From NCBI GenBank assembly GCA_037133435.1, contig JBAXOD010000001.1, positions 30,979 through 94,978 of the forward strand: DNA of 64,000 nt. The letters are read 5' to 3'. The position numbers and the translations under genes are program-made. The notes under the pieces were generated by a model. That model was not told the DNA's origin and made no database searches. It saw nothing but the letters and a program-made list of their open reading frames with translations. Numbering within the stretch: position 1 is the first letter of the stretch; the number at the start of each line of letters is the position of its first letter. Below, in pieces: positions 39,470-49,228 of this stretch. This stretch comes from Candidatus Moraniibacteriota bacterium (GTDB lineage: Bacteria > Patescibacteriota > Minisyncoccia > Moranbacterales > UBA1568).

Positions 39470-40720
39470 ATGATAAGCGATTCATCATTTATTACGAAGA
39501 GACCGGAACAGATCCGTGGTAAGCGACCTGAGTGTGCCGATGCGGTCACGGAAAGCGCCGAGGCGGCTGCCGAACGGAATCGGGAAGAATGGAAGGTGCT
39601 CGGGAGGCTGTTGAAAGAGGCCATACTGCCTGCCGAACAGCCGGAAGAAGAACTGATCGCGAGTGTGATTACGTCCGACCATGTCGTTACATTCCTGAAT
39701 GACGAGCAGACTCCGGAACAGCGTCAGAAAATGAGATATACCGCTATGCATCTGGATCCTGATACCCTGAAAGATACGGTTCCCGTGATCAATACTGAAA
39801 CGCTCATGACAGCGATACGGAATCTTTCGGATACGGAGCTTCAAGAAACGGAAGCGTATGCGGAAATGGAGACGTTGTTGGGAGATATCGCGACATCGGC
39901 ATACGATGTCAGTGAGATAATCACGACGAAGAACGGCAAAAATGAAAAAGACGCGAAGACTATTTTCAAGGTTGCACAAAACCTCGGGCGACTCATGGAA
40001 AAAACGGATCTCGATGAGGAAACGTCCATCGCCATTCAGACACTGTATGCGAAACTGCTCGTTCAGGGGTTGCGGACGCAACAAGAGTTCGGTGGTCGCT
40101 TCGTGAGTGAATGGGATCGTACGGTTCATCATCAATACGATGAGACGGAAATATTGCATCGGGCCGAAGCGCATATGTGCGGGAATTCGATGAGAACCGT
40201 CGGAGCGCGGCTGATGCTTATGCGGTCGTTGTCACAATTGCCGTATGTTCATGATATCGATTTTACGGACGTGAACGATGAACGGGGTCGCGGGTCGCAT
40301 ATCTCGTTCCGGATAGATCCGAAACGCTCCGGAAATTCGAACGTATTCAACAAGGTATATTTGAAAATGATCGGCGATGCCAAGATGTTCGTGACGGTTC
40401 AGGACTTCGACTACGATCAGCACGGACCGGTTACGGATGGATTTCTGGTTTCCATCGTTTTAGATAAACACTCCGAGACGGAACCTGCCATATATTGCGA
40501 TTTGGACGATGAACGATGCAACGTGCGCGTCTCCATCGATGTAGATGCGGCGTTCAAACGGGATATAACGGTTCCCTTTTCCAAAGGATCCATTTCATTT
40601 TCCAGTTTTGATTTCGGTGCGTTCGCAAAGAGTGCCGAATTGGAACCGTCGGGATTGCCGGAGGCTTTCTTGGAAATGATCCTTCAAAAGCAGAAGAAAT
40701 ACGCTTCGAGGTTAAACTGA
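39470..40720 (+). CDS. Hypothetical protein (416 aa)
   Basis: Long ORF filling the gap; no recognised motif. Confidence 0.7.
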   Translation: MISDSSFITKRPEQIRGKRPECADAVTESAEAAAERNREEWKVLGRLLKEAILPAEQPEEELIASVITSDHVVTFLNDEQTPEQRQKMRYTAMHLDPDTLKDTVPVINTETLMTAIRNLSDTELQETEAYAEMETLLGDIATSAYDVSEIITTKNGKNEKDAKTIFKVAQNLGRLMEKTDLDEETSIAIQTLYAKLLVQGLRTQQEFGGRFVSEWDRTVHHQYDETEILHRAEAHMCGNSMRTVGARLMLMRSLSQLPYVHDIDFTDVNDERGRGSHISFRIDPKRSGNSNVFNKVYLKMIGDAKMFVTVQDFDYDQHGPVTDGFLVSIVLDKHSETEPAIYCDLDDERCNVRVSIDVDAAFKRDITVPFSKGSISFSSFDFGAFAKSAELEPSGLPEAFLEMILQKQKKYASRLN

Positions 40721-40886
40721 AGGAAAGAAAGACAATTTTTGAAAACGGAAGGATTCGTGTGTCGAAATCGTGGGGTTTCCTGCAGATCCGCGAACAAAAA
40801 CGCGCTTCATCTGTCGAAGATAAGCGCGTGTCACTGTCCTAGAAAATCATTATCATGGAGCTTTGACAGTTTTTGAAGATCCTGTC

Positions 40887-42083
40887 CTATTTGTACCGCA
40901 ATGCCTCGAGGGCGTCGGTTTTCGCGGCCTTGCGGGCGGGAAGGACGCCGGTCAGGAAGCCGACGAACGCACCGAAGGCGATGATTGCCGCGAGAAACCA
41001 CAGCGGCGTCTTGAAGAGATCGGTCTTTTCCCCACCGAAGTTCGTTGCGAGAAGATTGAAAATGAGGTTGATGCTCTGTCCGCCGAGTATGCCGAGCGCG
41101 ATGCCGACCAGACTGCCGAGAAGTCCCATGAGTGTCGCTTCCATGACGAACATCAGTGAGACGGACGAGGGAGCCGCGCCGATGGATTTCATGATACCGA
41201 TCTCCTCGGTGCGTTCGAGCAACGTGATGGTCATCGTGTTGAACATGCCGATCGCCGATACGACGAGCGCGATCACGCCGAACGACATGAGGATGATCTG
41301 CAACACCTGGAACACCTTGTTCGCCTGATCTATGGTTTCAGAGATGGAAGACGCCGTGAGTGGAATCGCTTCCACTTCGGATCGGATTCCCGAAAGAGTG
41401 CCGGACGATACCGCCTTGAGCTTGAGCTTCGTGGCTGCCGGTATCGATACGGACCTGATCGATTCCGGAGACAGGTATATCTGATTCTCTTCCCCGGTCG
41501 TTATGCCGGAAATGAGGTAGGTCCCGTCGAGCGGGACGGAGACATCGCCGGAATTCTTCTGCCCCCCGGTCTCTTTCGGCATGAAGAGCGACAGTGACGC
41601 CGATTGTCCGAGGAGATCCTCGGGATTCTTTTGGAATGCCCTGACGACGCCCATGGTGATGACGGCCTCGTGCGCCTTGTCCGAATAGGTCTCTCCGGCC
41701 GCGAACGGGACGCCTTCAAGCTTCATGAAACGTGCCGGCGCGATGACGGCGCCGGAGTCGAGCGTCACGCCGATGATCCTGACCTGCGCGCGGGTTTCGA
41801 AGACGGGAAGAACGGTTTCCACGTTTGCAATCGAGGAAAGCCGGCCGATCGTCGATTCGTCGAGAGCGGGCGACGACGGGTCGGTCTTGGTGATATCGAG
41901 CGTGGAAAGCGCGTCCGAAGTCGTGATCTTCTTGAGCAGGGCGTCCTGCAGTCCGTATCCGAGGGAAACGAGGAATACGATCGCCGCGATACCAACACCC
42001 ATACCGAGAATGGTAAGGACGGTCCGAAGGGTGCGGGCCTTGAACATTCGAAGCGAGAGTTTGAGGAGATCAGAGAACAGCAT
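40887..42083 (-). CDS. MacB/FtsX-type ABC transporter permease
   Basis: R..LTILGMGVG, IGMFNTM...LLER..EIG.MK.IGA, PARKAA......ALR; start at ATG 42083. Confidence 0.92.
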   Translation of the reverse strand: MLFSDLLKLSLRMFKARTLRTVLTILGMGVGIAAIVFLVSLGYGLQDALLKKITTSDALSTLDITKTDPSSPALDESTIGRLSSIANVETVLPVFETRAQVRIIGVTLDSGAVIAPARFMKLEGVPFAAGETYSDKAHEAVITMGVVRAFQKNPEDLLGQSASLSLFMPKETGGQKNSGDVSVPLDGTYLISGITTGEENQIYLSPESIRSVSIPAATKLKLKAVSSGTLSGIRSEVEAIPLTASSISETIDQANKVFQVLQIILMSFGVIALVVSAIGMFNTMTITLLERTEEIGIMKSIGAAPSSVSLMFVMEATLMGLLGSLVGIALGILGGQSINLIFNLLATNFGGEKTDLFKTPLWFLAAIIAFGAFVGFLTGVLPARKAAKTDALEALRYK

Positions 42084-42111
42084 AAGGAAATCGATCCGGA
42101 AGCGACCGGTT

Positions 42112-43428
42112 TTACGAGTATTTGAGAAGCATGAGTATCTCGATCTCGCGCGACATCTTTTCCGCCGTCTGCCGATGGAGACCGACCCCGCCCTTGGAGA
42201 CCGAAAGGTCGAGTCGTTTCTGGGTCTCGACCTGGCCGATCTTGCTTTGGACGCGCAATTCGAGCAGTTCCCGCAGCCGGATTCTTTGATGTTCGTCGAG
42301 GGTGAGGTGAAAGTTGTTTTCGAGATATGAGGCGAGCGGGGGAACGGCGGTTTCCGGGGCTTCCTTGAGGTTCTTGACCTGTTCGAGCATGCGATCGACG
42401 CGTTCCGAAATATGTTCCGCACGGATCTTGTTCCACCCGCCCCCTCCTTTTTCATAGGGCATGTCCAGGCGACTCCGCATCTCATTCGTATCGATATTCC
42501 GAAAGAGGACTTCCCTGATGAGAGTCTCGGCCATGGAAACCTGCTCCTCGTTCAATTCGGAAAGCAGGTGGCTCAAAAGCTGCTTGGCCTTGAATGGGAC
42601 GAGCAGCACGTCCACCTGTTGCGGGAGCAGGCTCTTGAAGGACGAGCGGAGGACATTCAATTCCTGCGTTTACGCGGCTAGGTCCGTCCCGCCGGTTCCG
42701 AGTTCCACGGCCGCCTCGATCGGGCGTTTTTCCCTGTTGACCTCTTCCTTGATGATGCGTCCGTCGCGCATATGGATGACGCGGTCGGCGTAGGCGAGAT
42801 GTTCCGGATTGTGCGTGACCATGATGATGGTCTGTTGGTCTATCTCGTTCAAGTCCTTGAGGATCTGCAGCACGTTGCGGGCCGATTCGCTGTCGAGGTT
42901 TCCGACGGGTTCGTCAGCGAGCACGATCTGAGGCCGGTTGATCAGGGCTCGGGCGATCGCGACGCGCTGTTTCTGACCACCCGAAAGCTGGCTCGGATAT
43001 TTGTCCGCCTGTTCGACGATACCGAATCGCCGAAGAGCCTGAATCCCGTCTTTTTCCCGTTCGGAATGCCGCTCCCCGCGGAACACCCGCGGAAGACAGA
43101 CATTGTCGAGAATGGTCAGGGACGGAATGAGATAAAAGGCCTGAAACACCAAGCCGATTCCGGTCTGGTGAAGCTCGAGTTCCTCCTTTTTCGTCATCTT
43201 CGAAAATGCTTTTCCACTTATCGTGATGTCTCCGTAGGTCGGTTTTTGGAGTCCGGCGATCGAATAGAGCAGTGTCGATTTTCCGCAACCTGACGGTCCG
43301 TAGATGATGACGTATTCACTCGGAAAAATCTGGAGATTCGTCTCTTCAAGGGCTCGCGATTCGTTCGACTTCCCCTGGTTGTAGATGATCCGGAGTTTGT
43401 CGATCGTGATAAGCGGTTCAATGGACAT
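42112..43428 (-). pseudogene. ABC ATP-binding protein with a C-terminal extension, interrupted by an in-frame TAA at 42670-42672
   Basis: GPSGCGKST, LSGGQ, LADEP and VTH in 42670..43428; the same frame continues to 42112 with no ATG start of its own after the stop. Confidence 0.6.
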
Positions 43429-43559
43429 ATATATTTCTTTGTGTCCATTTTATCATACTATTTGGATTTTGACCCTTCCGGGGTACAATGAAGTGCGTGA
43501 TTTCTGCGAGCGAGACGAATCGGGTATTTTTCCCGTTCGGAATCGTACTTGATGTTCCT

Positions 43560-45116
43560 ATGGCCGAACTCTCCTCATTGCTTCGTATTTGGCGGGCGAA
43601 ACGGGCGTCCCAAGAGGGTGTCGAACCGTTTCGCGTGCTGACGAACGCCGCGCTCGACGGTATCGCGGCGCGCAGGCCGACGACGCCGGACCAGTTGATG
43701 GAAGTGAAGGGAATCAAGGACGCGAAGTGTCGGCAATACGGAAAGGAGATCCTCGATATCGTCGCGCGTTCCGGCCCGGGTACCCTTTCCTTTTCCGGTG
43801 GGGTGGCGGCCGGGCGTGACGGAGACGAAACGCCTGAACCGACCTCGGAACAGGAGAGTCTCGCCGGGGATGAACCGCTTTCCGTCGGTCAATTTCTTGA
43901 CGGGCTGAACGTGGAGCTGTCCGGAATGGCGGCGCGGGTTCGCGGCGAAGTATCGTCGGTGGACGAGCGTGAGCGGGTGGTCTATTTTTCGATCAAGGAC
44001 TCGACGGACGACGGTATGCTGAATTGCCTTATTTTTCGGTGGCAGTACGACGTATCCGGGGTGCGACTTCGTGAAGGGGACGAGATCATCGTCGAGGGTG
44101 TGCCGGAAATATGGAAGCCGATGGGCAAACTTTCGTTCAAGGTGGGTACTATCGAAGTGGCAGGCGAGGGCGCGCTCAAGAAGGAATACGATGAATTGTA
44201 TCGCAAGCTCGAATCCGAAGGCGCCTTTGCGCCGGAACGGAAGCGGCCACTTCCCGAATTTCCCGAGCGTATCGCGCTCATCACGTCCGAACAAGGTGCC
44301 GCGATCGGCGACTTCCTGACGAACCTCGGCAGACTCGGGGTCAGGGTCGACCTCTATCCTTCGAGTGTGGAAGGAAAGCGGGCCGTACTGGAACTATTGA
44401 AGGCCGTACGGTATTTCCGGTCGCGCGCCTCTTTATATGACCTGTTGGTCGTGATCCGGGGCGGGGGAAGCATCGAGAGTCTGCAGGCTTTCAATACCGA
44501 GGCGCTTGTCCGCGAGATCAACGAGTGCGAGATTCCGGTCATCGCCGGTATCGGACACGAGAAGGATGTGACGCTTTCCGCGCTTGCGGCCGACAGAATG
44601 GTATCCACGCCGACCGCGGTCGCGCGCACTATCCGCGAGCCATGGGACAGGGCCCGTCAGACGCTCGTTCAAAGCGAACGGACGATCATTTCTTTTTTCG
44701 AGGGCGCGCTTTCCGAATCGTCCGACCGGCTCGGAAAAAGTGTCGCGACTTTTCTTGGCTTTCTTCTGGGCGTTTCCGATCGGTTCGAACGGGCGAAGTC
44801 CGCGCTTGGGTCGAAACTCTCGATGCTTGAATATCGGTTACGAGAATCTTCGACTCAGCTTGAAGGCATGACCCGAAGGATCGGTGAGGGTTGGAAGAAT
44901 GCTGCCAAGGACGTCCGGGACCGGCTTTCCAGAGCTGAAGGGGCTCTTCGTCAGTATGACCCGAATCGGTTATTGTCGCTCGGGTACGCCATCGTCCGGG
45001 CCGGAGGGAAGGTGCTTTCGAAGGTCGGTGACGTGTCGCTCGGCGAGGAGTTGGATATACGGTTGTCGGATGGGATCGTTACGGCGGAAGTGAAGTCAGT
45101 GAGCAGTAGACAATGA
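43560..45116 (+). CDS. xseA: Exodeoxyribonuclease VII large subunit with an N-terminal HRDC domain
   Basis: L..WR...A....V.PF.V..N..L..IA...P.....L..VKGI...K...YG.EIL (HRDC); OB fold; RGGGS.E.L..FN, GIGHE.D and TPTA. Confidence 0.92.
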   Translation: MAELSSLLRIWRAKRASQEGVEPFRVLTNAALDGIAARRPTTPDQLMEVKGIKDAKCRQYGKEILDIVARSGPGTLSFSGGVAAGRDGDETPEPTSEQESLAGDEPLSVGQFLDGLNVELSGMAARVRGEVSSVDERERVVYFSIKDSTDDGMLNCLIFRWQYDVSGVRLREGDEIIVEGVPEIWKPMGKLSFKVGTIEVAGEGALKKEYDELYRKLESEGAFAPERKRPLPEFPERIALITSEQGAAIGDFLTNLGRLGVRVDLYPSSVEGKRAVLELLKAVRYFRSRASLYDLLVVIRGGGSIESLQAFNTEALVREINECEIPVIAGIGHEKDVTLSALAADRMVSTPTAVARTIREPWDRARQTLVQSERTIISFFEGALSESSDRLGKSVATFLGFLLGVSDRFERAKSALGSKLSMLEYRLRESSTQLEGMTRRIGEGWKNAAKDVRDRLSRAEGALRQYDPNRLLSLGYAIVRAGGKVLSKVGDVSLGEELDIRLSDGIVTAEVKSVSSRQ

Positions 45117-45153
45117 AACAATGTATCAATATAACCATGTAACCAACAATCAT

Positions 45154-45369
45154 ATGCCGCAGGAAAAGAAGCAGTCTCTCGGGGAGTCGCTGAAGAAACT
45201 GGAAGAGATTGTCGCTTGGTTCGAGAGCCAGGAGGAAGTCGACGTCGAGGAGGGGCTCGCGAAGGTGAAGGAGGGAGCTATACTCGTGAAGGAGAGCCGT
45301 GAGAAGCTCAAGGAAGCCGAGAACGAGTTCGAGATCGTGAAGAAGGAATTGGAGGGGGATGGGGAGTAG
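45154..45369 (+). CDS. xseB: Exodeoxyribonuclease VII small subunit
   Basis: L..LEEIV...E.....VEE.L....EG..L.......L..AE. Confidence 0.9.
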   Translation: MPQEKKQSLGESLKKLEEIVAWFESQEEVDVEEGLAKVKEGAILVKESREKLKEAENEFEIVKKELEGDGE

Positions 45370-45497
45370 TGATGAGTAGACAGGAGTAGTCGGTTGTGAG
45401 GGGACAGATACAAGAAGATTTAAAAAACCAGGCATGAATCGAGGTCCGGTTTTTCGTGAACGGGGCGTCGTTTGACTGCTGTCGTATCCGATGCGAT

Positions 45498-46832
45498 TCA
45501 ATATCGCTCAATCATACCCGCCCGGTTCTCGTCGATTTTTTTGATGACGCCGTCGATGAATCTCCAGGCGGCGAGGATTTCCTTCGAACCGATATACATG
45601 GATCGGTCACGCTCGAACAGGTCGCGCAGCGCGTTCTCGTACGGTTTGTTCAGGATGAACGCGTTGTCGGCGAATCCGAACCGCAGCTCCGTAGGATACG
45701 CGCATTTCAGTTTCGAATCGAATTCCGAATTCAGGCGAAGGCTGATCTCGTTTCTCGGCTGCACGTTGATTCTGATCTGGTTGTTCATAATCTCGCATCC
45801 GTCCTTGGTCCAGAGCGAATGGCCGACGTTCCTGAATTCCACGATGATATCGGTCGTCTTCTCATTCAGTTTCTTGCCGGTCAGGATGCGAATCGGGACG
45901 TCGCGCCATTTCGGCAGGTCGATCCCGACTTGGAGCGAAGCGGAAGTCTCGGTGAGGGAATCCTTCGCGACGTGAGGCTCGTCGGTGTAGCCTTTGTATT
46001 GGCCGACCCGGATGGATTTTTCCTCTCCCGTGTCGAAAAGCCTGATATGCTCCATGACCCGTATCTTTTCCCGATGGATCGATTCGGGGGTGAGATCTTT
46101 CGGCTGCCGCATGACCGAGAATGCCAACAGTTGCAACGCATGGTTCTGGATCATGTCGCGTATCGCCCCGGACCGGTCGTAATACTCTCCACGATTGCGT
46201 ATCCCTTCCTCTTCCTTGATCTCGATCGAGATCGATTCGATGTATTTCCCATTCCAGATCTGTTCGAAGATCGGATTGGCGAATCGTAGCGCCAGAAGAT
46301 CCTGGACCAGGTCGCGCGCCAGATAGTGATCGATGCGATACAGCTGTTTTTCGGTAAAATGATCAAGGAGTATCCCGTTCAAGGCTTCAGCGGAAGCGAA
46401 ATCGGAGCCGAACGGCTTTTCGAGGACGATCACGGAGTGACGGGTGATGTGTCCGTGCCGCTTCAGGCCATCACAGATATTCCTGATGAGCGAGGTGTCC
46501 GACGGGATGGACAGGTAATAGTATCGAAACGCGTTCTTGTCGGCCTTGGGAAGCGTGGAAATTCCGTCTTCGTCGTAACCGCCGCAACAATAGTCCCAAC
46601 TCGCGATGAATTTATCGAGCGTGTGAAGATCGGCATCGGGGCGCTCCGCCAGGACTGATGTCCGCACGATGTCTCGGAACGATTCCGTCGTGAGGGCCGT
46701 CCTTCCGTAGCCGATATAGCGTGCCCGCTTGCCGGTCGAGAAGACCGTGAAAAGCGCTGGGATAAGCTTGTTTCTGGCCAGGTCCCCGCTCGCCCCGAAG
46801 AGGACGAATTCGTCCGTGAGACGTATTTTCAT
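45498..46832 (-). CDS. zwf: Glucose-6-phosphate 1-dehydrogenase
   Basis: FGASGDLA..KL.P, EKPFG, RIDHYL, RDMIQNH and W..VP....TGK. Confidence 0.93.
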   Translation of the reverse strand: MKIRLTDEFVLFGASGDLARNKLIPALFTVFSTGKRARYIGYGRTALTTESFRDIVRTSVLAERPDADLHTLDKFIASWDYCCGGYDEDGISTLPKADKNAFRYYYLSIPSDTSLIRNICDGLKRHGHITRHSVIVLEKPFGSDFASAEALNGILLDHFTEKQLYRIDHYLARDLVQDLLALRFANPIFEQIWNGKYIESISIEIKEEEGIRNRGEYYDRSGAIRDMIQNHALQLLAFSVMRQPKDLTPESIHREKIRVMEHIRLFDTGEEKSIRVGQYKGYTDEPHVAKDSLTETSASLQVGIDLPKWRDVPIRILTGKKLNEKTTDIIVEFRNVGHSLWTKDGCEIMNNQIRINVQPRNEISLRLNSEFDSKLKCAYPTELRFGFADNAFILNKPYENALRDLFERDRSMYIGSKEILAAWRFIDGVIKKIDENRAGMIERY

Positions 46833-47560
46833 AGGGATGGTTCGCTGAATGATTGATCGGTAACGATTTCGATATCCGGCATCTCATAGAATATCATCGC
46901 CGGCATTTCGGATAGCGTTTGTGACCGGTTTTTCAACGCGATAAGCGTCTCACGCTTTTCTGCCCCGCATACGTAGGCGAATGCGTGATCGATCGTCTCG
47001 TGGAAAGGAAACGTCGTGGTGACCCGCTCGCGGAACACGTTTTTCCCGGTCGCATCGTACGAGGCGACCCACCCGTTTATCCGGAAGGTTTTCTCGAAAA
47101 AGTCCGGATCTTCCGGATAGGGGAAAATGCCCGCCGTATGCCCGTCGCCTCCCATTCCGAATATCGCGACGGTCAGACCGTCCGGATTCGCGTCCGTCCA
47201 TTCCGTAAGGGCGTTTTGAAATCGGTCACGCAGGGTTTCGCGCGTGTCGCCCGGCCGGCTTTTCGTATCGATGACGGCGATGCTCCGTCGTACGGCCGAG
47301 CGGAACCAATCGGTCATTTCGAGTGCGGCAAAATTACTATCCCGATTGTCCGGGTCGAACCGTTCATCAAGCGCGCCGATCGTGATGCCGGATCCGTTTC
47401 CGAGGAGGATATGATCGAGTACGCACAGGGCACTTCCTCCGGATACCAGAAGCAGCGCGTTTTTGTCTCCCCGGTCGGAAAGGAGTTTCGTGATCGAATC
47501 GCCGATATGTCGTGCCGCCTCTTGCCGGTCATCGACGGTGGTCCATCGGATATTTCCCAT
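46829..47560 (-). CDS. pgl: 6-phosphogluconolactonase
   Basis: SGGS, DER......SN, GMG.DGHTA.IFP and RVT motifs; lies between gnd and zwf. Confidence 0.85.
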   Translation of the reverse strand: MGNIRWTTVDDRQEAARHIGDSITKLLSDRGDKNALLLVSGGSALCVLDHILLGNGSGITIGALDERFDPDNRDSNFAALEMTDWFRSAVRRSIAVIDTKSRPGDTRETLRDRFQNALTEWTDANPDGLTVAIFGMGGDGHTAGIFPYPEDPDFFEKTFRINGWVASYDATGKNVFRERVTTTFPFHETIDHAFAYVCGAEKRETLIALKNRSQTLSEMPAMIFYEMPDIEIVTDQSFSEPSL

Positions 47561-47620
47561 AGGGTCGTTTCGGTTTCGGATACGGCGTTTCCGCTTCTGT
47601 GAAACGCTCCGGAATTCGTA

Positions 47621-49027
47621 TTACGCGTTCCACTCGAAATGTGAGAAGGGCCCGTCTACTTGGGTCTGGAAGGTGTGTGCCCCGAAAAAATCCCGTTGTG
47701 CCTGGATGAGATTTGCCGGCAACGTGTCGGTCGTCATGGTGTCGAAATACGAAAGACCCGAAAGCATTGCCGGTATGGCGATTCGTTCCGCGATACTTGC
47801 CGCGGATACTTTTCGGAGATTTCCCTGTTCCGCGCGGATCGTTTTGATGAAGTATGGGAGTTCAAGTATTCCACGCGATGCTTCTTCGGTTCCGAATTCT
47901 TGCGCCAGGGTTTCGAGAAACTTCGCCCGGATGATACATCCGCCCTGCCAAATCCGCGATATCTCGCTTTGATCAAGTTGCCAGCCATATCGATCGGCCG
48001 CCTCCGTCAAGAGATCATATCCTTGGGCATACGCGAGAATCTTCGATACGTAGAGCGCACTTTCGATTTCGGAAATTGATATATCGACCGTGACCGGCAT
48101 ATCGCTCGGATAGAGTTTGGAAAGTCCGAGTCGGCGCTTTTTGTGTGCCGATGCGTAGCGCGCCAGTACCGCGGCAACGATTCCGAAAGACGGCGTTCCC
48201 AATTCCAACGCTTCCTCCGAAGTCCATTTCCCGGTTCCCTTGCTGCCGGCACTGTCGAGTATGGTGTCGAGGACATAGGCCCCTTCGTCGTTTTTCGTTC
48301 TCAGGATGGTTGCCGTTATTTCGATGAGAAAGGAGTTGAGACGGCCCCCGTTCCACTCCGAGAACATCCGAGCGATATTCTCGTTCGACAGTGAAAGTCC
48401 TTCCTTCATGATGAAGTACGCTTCCGCGATCAGCTGCATGTCGACGTACTCGATGGCGTTATGGACCATCTTCACGTAATGTCCCGCCCCATCTTCACCG
48501 ATATGAGAGACGCACGGCTTCCTGTCGAAGTCCCTGGCCGCTATCTTCTCGAGTATCGGTTGCAGTTCAATCCAGGATTGCCGATCGCCTCCGGGCATGA
48601 TGGACGGTCCTGTGCGTGCGCCTTCCTCACCGCCCGATACGCCCATACCTACAAAGGATATTCCTTGTTCACGAAGCGACGCGGCCCTTCGTATGGTGTC
48701 CTTGAAAAAGGAATTACCGGCGTCGATGACGATGTCGCCCTGATCAAGAAGGGGCGTCAGCAGATCGAGGACGTCGTCGACCGCCTGCCCGGCCTGAACC
48801 ATGAGAATGATTTTCCGCGGCTTTTCCAGACTCTCGACGAACGATTTCAGATCGTAAAAGGGTCGCATCGAAGCATCTGCGCCGTATGACGTGATCAGGG
48901 TATCGGTCCGCTCCCGTGACCGGTTATAGACCGATACGGAAAACCCTTTATCCGCGATATTCATCGCCAGATTGCCACCCATCACCGAGAGTCCGATGAC
49001 CCCGATTCGACTTTCCCGCGTATCCAT
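47621..49027 (-). CDS. gndA: NADP-dependent 6-phosphogluconate dehydrogenase
   Basis: IGL.VMG.NLA, YNR, GVSGGEEGA, GHYVKMVHN.IEY, KGTGKW and QAQRDFFGAHT. Confidence 0.97.
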   Translation of the reverse strand: MDTRESRIGVIGLSVMGGNLAMNIADKGFSVSVYNRSRERTDTLITSYGADASMRPFYDLKSFVESLEKPRKIILMVQAGQAVDDVLDLLTPLLDQGDIVIDAGNSFFKDTIRRAASLREQGISFVGMGVSGGEEGARTGPSIMPGGDRQSWIELQPILEKIAARDFDRKPCVSHIGEDGAGHYVKMVHNAIEYVDMQLIAEAYFIMKEGLSLSNENIARMFSEWNGGRLNSFLIEITATILRTKNDEGAYVLDTILDSAGSKGTGKWTSEEALELGTPSFGIVAAVLARYASAHKKRRLGLSKLYPSDMPVTVDISISEIESALYVSKILAYAQGYDLLTEAADRYGWQLDQSEISRIWQGGCIIRAKFLETLAQEFGTEEASRGILELPYFIKTIRAEQGNLRKVSAASIAERIAIPAMLSGLSYFDTMTTDTLPANLIQAQRDFFGAHTFQTQVDGPFSHFEWNA

Positions 49028-49228
49028 ATTGTTGCGTTTATGATGTGCCGAATGAGCCGAACCATCGTTTTTCATGAATAATACGCGAGAGAAGGGTGAT
49101 TTCTTTCCTGGTCGTTCGAGAATAATCTTTGTCCGAGCACGGACCTTTTGCGAATGATGAAATCAAAACAAGCCCCCCGTCGATATTTGAGGAGCGAATA
49201 TCCCGGAGAGGAGCATTCTTAATGTCGT

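Noticed and set aside
42084-42485. Extended N-termini given by the ORF track (also ygiD, alr, gpmI, xseA, hup)
   Set aside because: The extensions overlap neighbouring genes or promoters and lack family similarity; downstream ATGs match the family N-termini.
42670-42672. Alternative genetic code (stop reassignment) as the cause of the in-frame stop
   Set aside because: The stop is TAA, and many intact genes here end in TAA, TAG or TGA at expected positions, so the standard bacterial code applies.
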